This document shows, in pieces, positions 24,866-26,851 of a stretch of DNA of 26,851 bases. This DNA is from a virus (taxonomy: Duplodnaviria > Caudoviricetes), in the IMG/VR virus record IMGVR_UViG_3300048858_000106, positions 1-26,851 of that record. The stretch is one strand, 5' to 3'. The translations under genes and the position numbers were made by a program. The notes below the pieces were generated by a model. That model saw only the letters and a list, made by a program, of their open reading frames with translations. It was not told where the DNA came from and ran no database searches. Each line of letters starts with the position of its first letter. Positions within the stretch are counted from its first letter, which is position 1.

Positions 24866-26851
24866 TCACAAAATCGCGTTGATGAGGGGGCGAGACAGCA
24901 CACCCATATCGCCGTGCGCAGCCGTCTCGGGGTGTGTTCCCTCGGGGGTCTTAGGCGGTGTTGCGGCCTGCCACTTTCCCGGTTCAGCCTGAGACTCCAC
25001 GGCAGGCGTCACATCGAGCATGCCGGTGGTGTTCGGATCGGCGGCCATCCCCGCGTCCACGGCAGCGCGGAAGGCCAGGAAGCCAGTGCCGCTGCTGTTC
25101 GTGCGGACGGTTTGGTTCGCCAGCGTTGCCCAATTATCAGTGCTGTCCGACTTGGGATAAAGCCGGATCTGGTAGATTTTCGGCACACCAGCGGCCTTGA
25201 GGGCCGCCGATATTGTCTTCTTGTCCGCCACGAGCTGGGCAGCAGTCTTGTTGTCGGTAAAGTCGTTGCCGCCGTAGCCCTCAAGAGCGTGCGTGAAATA
25301 CTTAAAGTAGGCTTGGCGCCTCGCGAACCCGGCGACGAAGGTGTACGCGCTATCGCTGCCCTTCGCCATGTTCATGAAGGCGATCTTCGTGCCGGTCATG
25401 AGGGCGCGGCGCAGGTAGCCGCCAGTGCCTTCCCCGCCCGAGCCATCGGGATCGTTCGTGCAGTACTCGATGCTTCCGCCCATGATGCCGAACGCGGGGC
25501 ATGTGGAGATGCCGAGCAAGACCGGGCCGAAATGCGCTGCGGTACTTGCCCACCCCGAGCCACTAGCCATTGGTCCCGCCGTGCCGATCTTGCTGGCCGT
25601 TCCGGTGGCTGCGCGCAGCGTGCTTTCCCCAGCGATCGGCACGGAATATGCGCTCAATCCCTGGTAGGTCGGCAAGGCCCCAACAGCATATTCGCGCTCG
25701 AGCTTGACCCACACCTGTGCGCCGGCGGGGAAGGCTGAGAGGCCGAACTGCGCAGGCGTGAAAGGGTCGGATTGAACGTCGGAAGCGCCGGCCGCGATCG
25801 CCTTGCTTGTTGCGCCGCCATCCCAGGTTGCCGCTATGCAGACGCCATTGATCTCCAAATCTGCGCGCGCGACATAGGCAGGACCGGCCGTTTCCAACGT
25901 CGAGGGCGTGGGGACTAGGAACGAGCTGGCGCTGATGACTAGCGTCGAGGCATCGGCAGAACCGATAAACTTGCGCTTGCGGCAGACCTGCTTGAGGTTC
26001 GCGCTTGTAGCGGCACTGCCGGCGGCTCGATCGATCTCATTGTTTGTGGTCGCGATGCGGAGGCTTGCCGCCGGAGTAGGCGCAGGCGCTACCGCTAGGT
26101 TGGCAGTCGCCGGATTCGCGCCCGCCGCAGAGACCGTAAGCGTGATCGTTCCCGCGCTTGATGCGCTAAGACCAACCACGACGTGCCATCCGTCAGTCTC
26201 GTTTCCGGCGACTGCCAGGCGGCCATCGTTGGGTGATATCGTTGGGGTGGCGCCAGCGGGAACGTTCCCGATATTCGCCACAGTGGTGCCTGGCGCAGTT
26301 GCCGCGGTGAAAGTCAGTGGGCCTGCGAGCGTCAACGTTGGCAGCGGCGCAGCGTCGTCGTTGCTGATCGTACCCATTGACGTCACGGTGTTGAGCCCGC
26401 TTCCGCTCACAGTGAGCGAGAACGACTCCGCGGGTTCCACCGCCGTGTCGCCTGTCACGGGGACGCTGATCGTCTTGCTGGTCTCACCAGCTGCGAACGC
26501 ACCGCTGCCGCTGGGAAACGCTCCCCCAAAATCCGCCACATTGGCCGGATTTGCGCCGATCGCGCCGACCATCCACGCGTATGGGAAAGCGGCATTGGAC
26601 CCGTCGCGGTTCAGTGTGAGCGTCCATACGAACGCAGTCGAGCCGCTATCACCCTCGGCCTTCGTCACCGCAGACGAAAGCGAGAGCGTGGGCGCGGGCG
26701 GCTTTGCTTGGGCGTTCTCGAGAGCGACGACGCGAGCAGAAAGATCCGCCAGCAAGTTGCGGCTGACGGCATCGCGGAGGCCGAGAGCTTCCAGTGCCGT
26801 GCGAAACGCCTGGGCTTGTTCAACGGTCAGGTTCGCAATGCTAAGCGCCAT
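24866..26851 (-). CDS. Calx-beta domain plus SGNH/GDSL hydrolase protein
   Basis: Calx-beta: AEGDSGST...FAAGETSKTISVPVTGDTAVEPAESFSLTV...GTISNDD. SGNH blocks: GIMGGSI, NMAKGS, GYGGND, PEGTHP. Confidence 0.75.
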   Translation of the reverse strand: MALSIANLTVEQAQAFRTALEALGLRDAVSRNLLADLSARVVALENAQAKPPAPTLSLSSAVTKAEGDSGSTAFVWTLTLNRDGSNAAFPYAWMVGAIGANPANVADFGGAFPSGSGAFAAGETSKTISVPVTGDTAVEPAESFSLTVSGSGLNTVTSMGTISNDDAAPLPTLTLAGPLTFTAATAPGTTVANIGNVPAGATPTISPNDGRLAVAGNETDGWHVVVGLSASSAGTITLTVSAAGANPATANLAVAPAPTPAASLRIATTNNEIDRAAGSAATSANLKQVCRKRKFIGSADASTLVISASSFLVPTPSTLETAGPAYVARADLEINGVCIAATWDGGATSKAIAAGASDVQSDPFTPAQFGLSAFPAGAQVWVKLEREYAVGALPTYQGLSAYSVPIAGESTLRAATGTASKIGTAGPMASGSGWASTAAHFGPVLLGISTCPAFGIMGGSIEYCTNDPDGSGGEGTGGYLRRALMTGTKIAFMNMAKGSDSAYTFVAGFARRQAYFKYFTHALEGYGGNDFTDNKTAAQLVADKKTISAALKAAGVPKIYQIRLYPKSDSTDNWATLANQTVRTNSSGTGFLAFRAAVDAGMAADPNTTGMLDVTPAVESQAEPGKWQAATPPKTPEGTHPETAAHGDMGVLSRPLINAIL

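Larger units (their letters stand above)
782..26851. mobile_element. P2-like prophage, continuing past the right edge; head, lysis and its own integrase are not in the window
   Basis: Set of P2-type tail and baseplate genes, Ogr activator, repressor/cro switch and AlpA. The left boundary is inferred. Confidence 0.9.

Overview
The window holds about half of a P2-like (contractile-tail) prophage in a high-GC alphaproteobacterium. A sphingomonad host is likely, but that is inference from gene content and the LexA-box type. Left to right: (1) a decayed P4-family integrase and a candidate att junction; (2) a tightly coupled minus-strand early operon (cro-like, CII-like, Ogr/Delta activator, GapR-like, Ser-less ACP-like protein, ASCH, DUF5131, beta-class DNA MTase, AlpA) with no recognisable replication gene; (3) a divergent repressor switch with four 19-bp operators; (4) an AT-richer two-gene Lamassu-like defence cassette (Cap4/DUF4297 nuclease plus Rad50/SMC-like ATPase) downstream of a perfect LexA box; (5) the minus-strand tail module, transcribed J-I-H-fibre accessories-Dam...V-W-FI-FII-E/E'-T-U-D, with two plus-strand morons; (6) a Calx-beta/SGNH esterase plus secreted GH12 pair. 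Main observations: a four-copy GCATTTGG-N12-CCAAATGC motif at about -55 of two tail operons and both MTase units (candidate Ogr regulon), an ACP mimic lacking its phosphopantetheine serine, a possibly SOS-controlled Lamassu, a polysaccharide-degrading gene pair, and one amber stop in the tape-measure gene. All family calls come from manual motif recognition; no searches were run.
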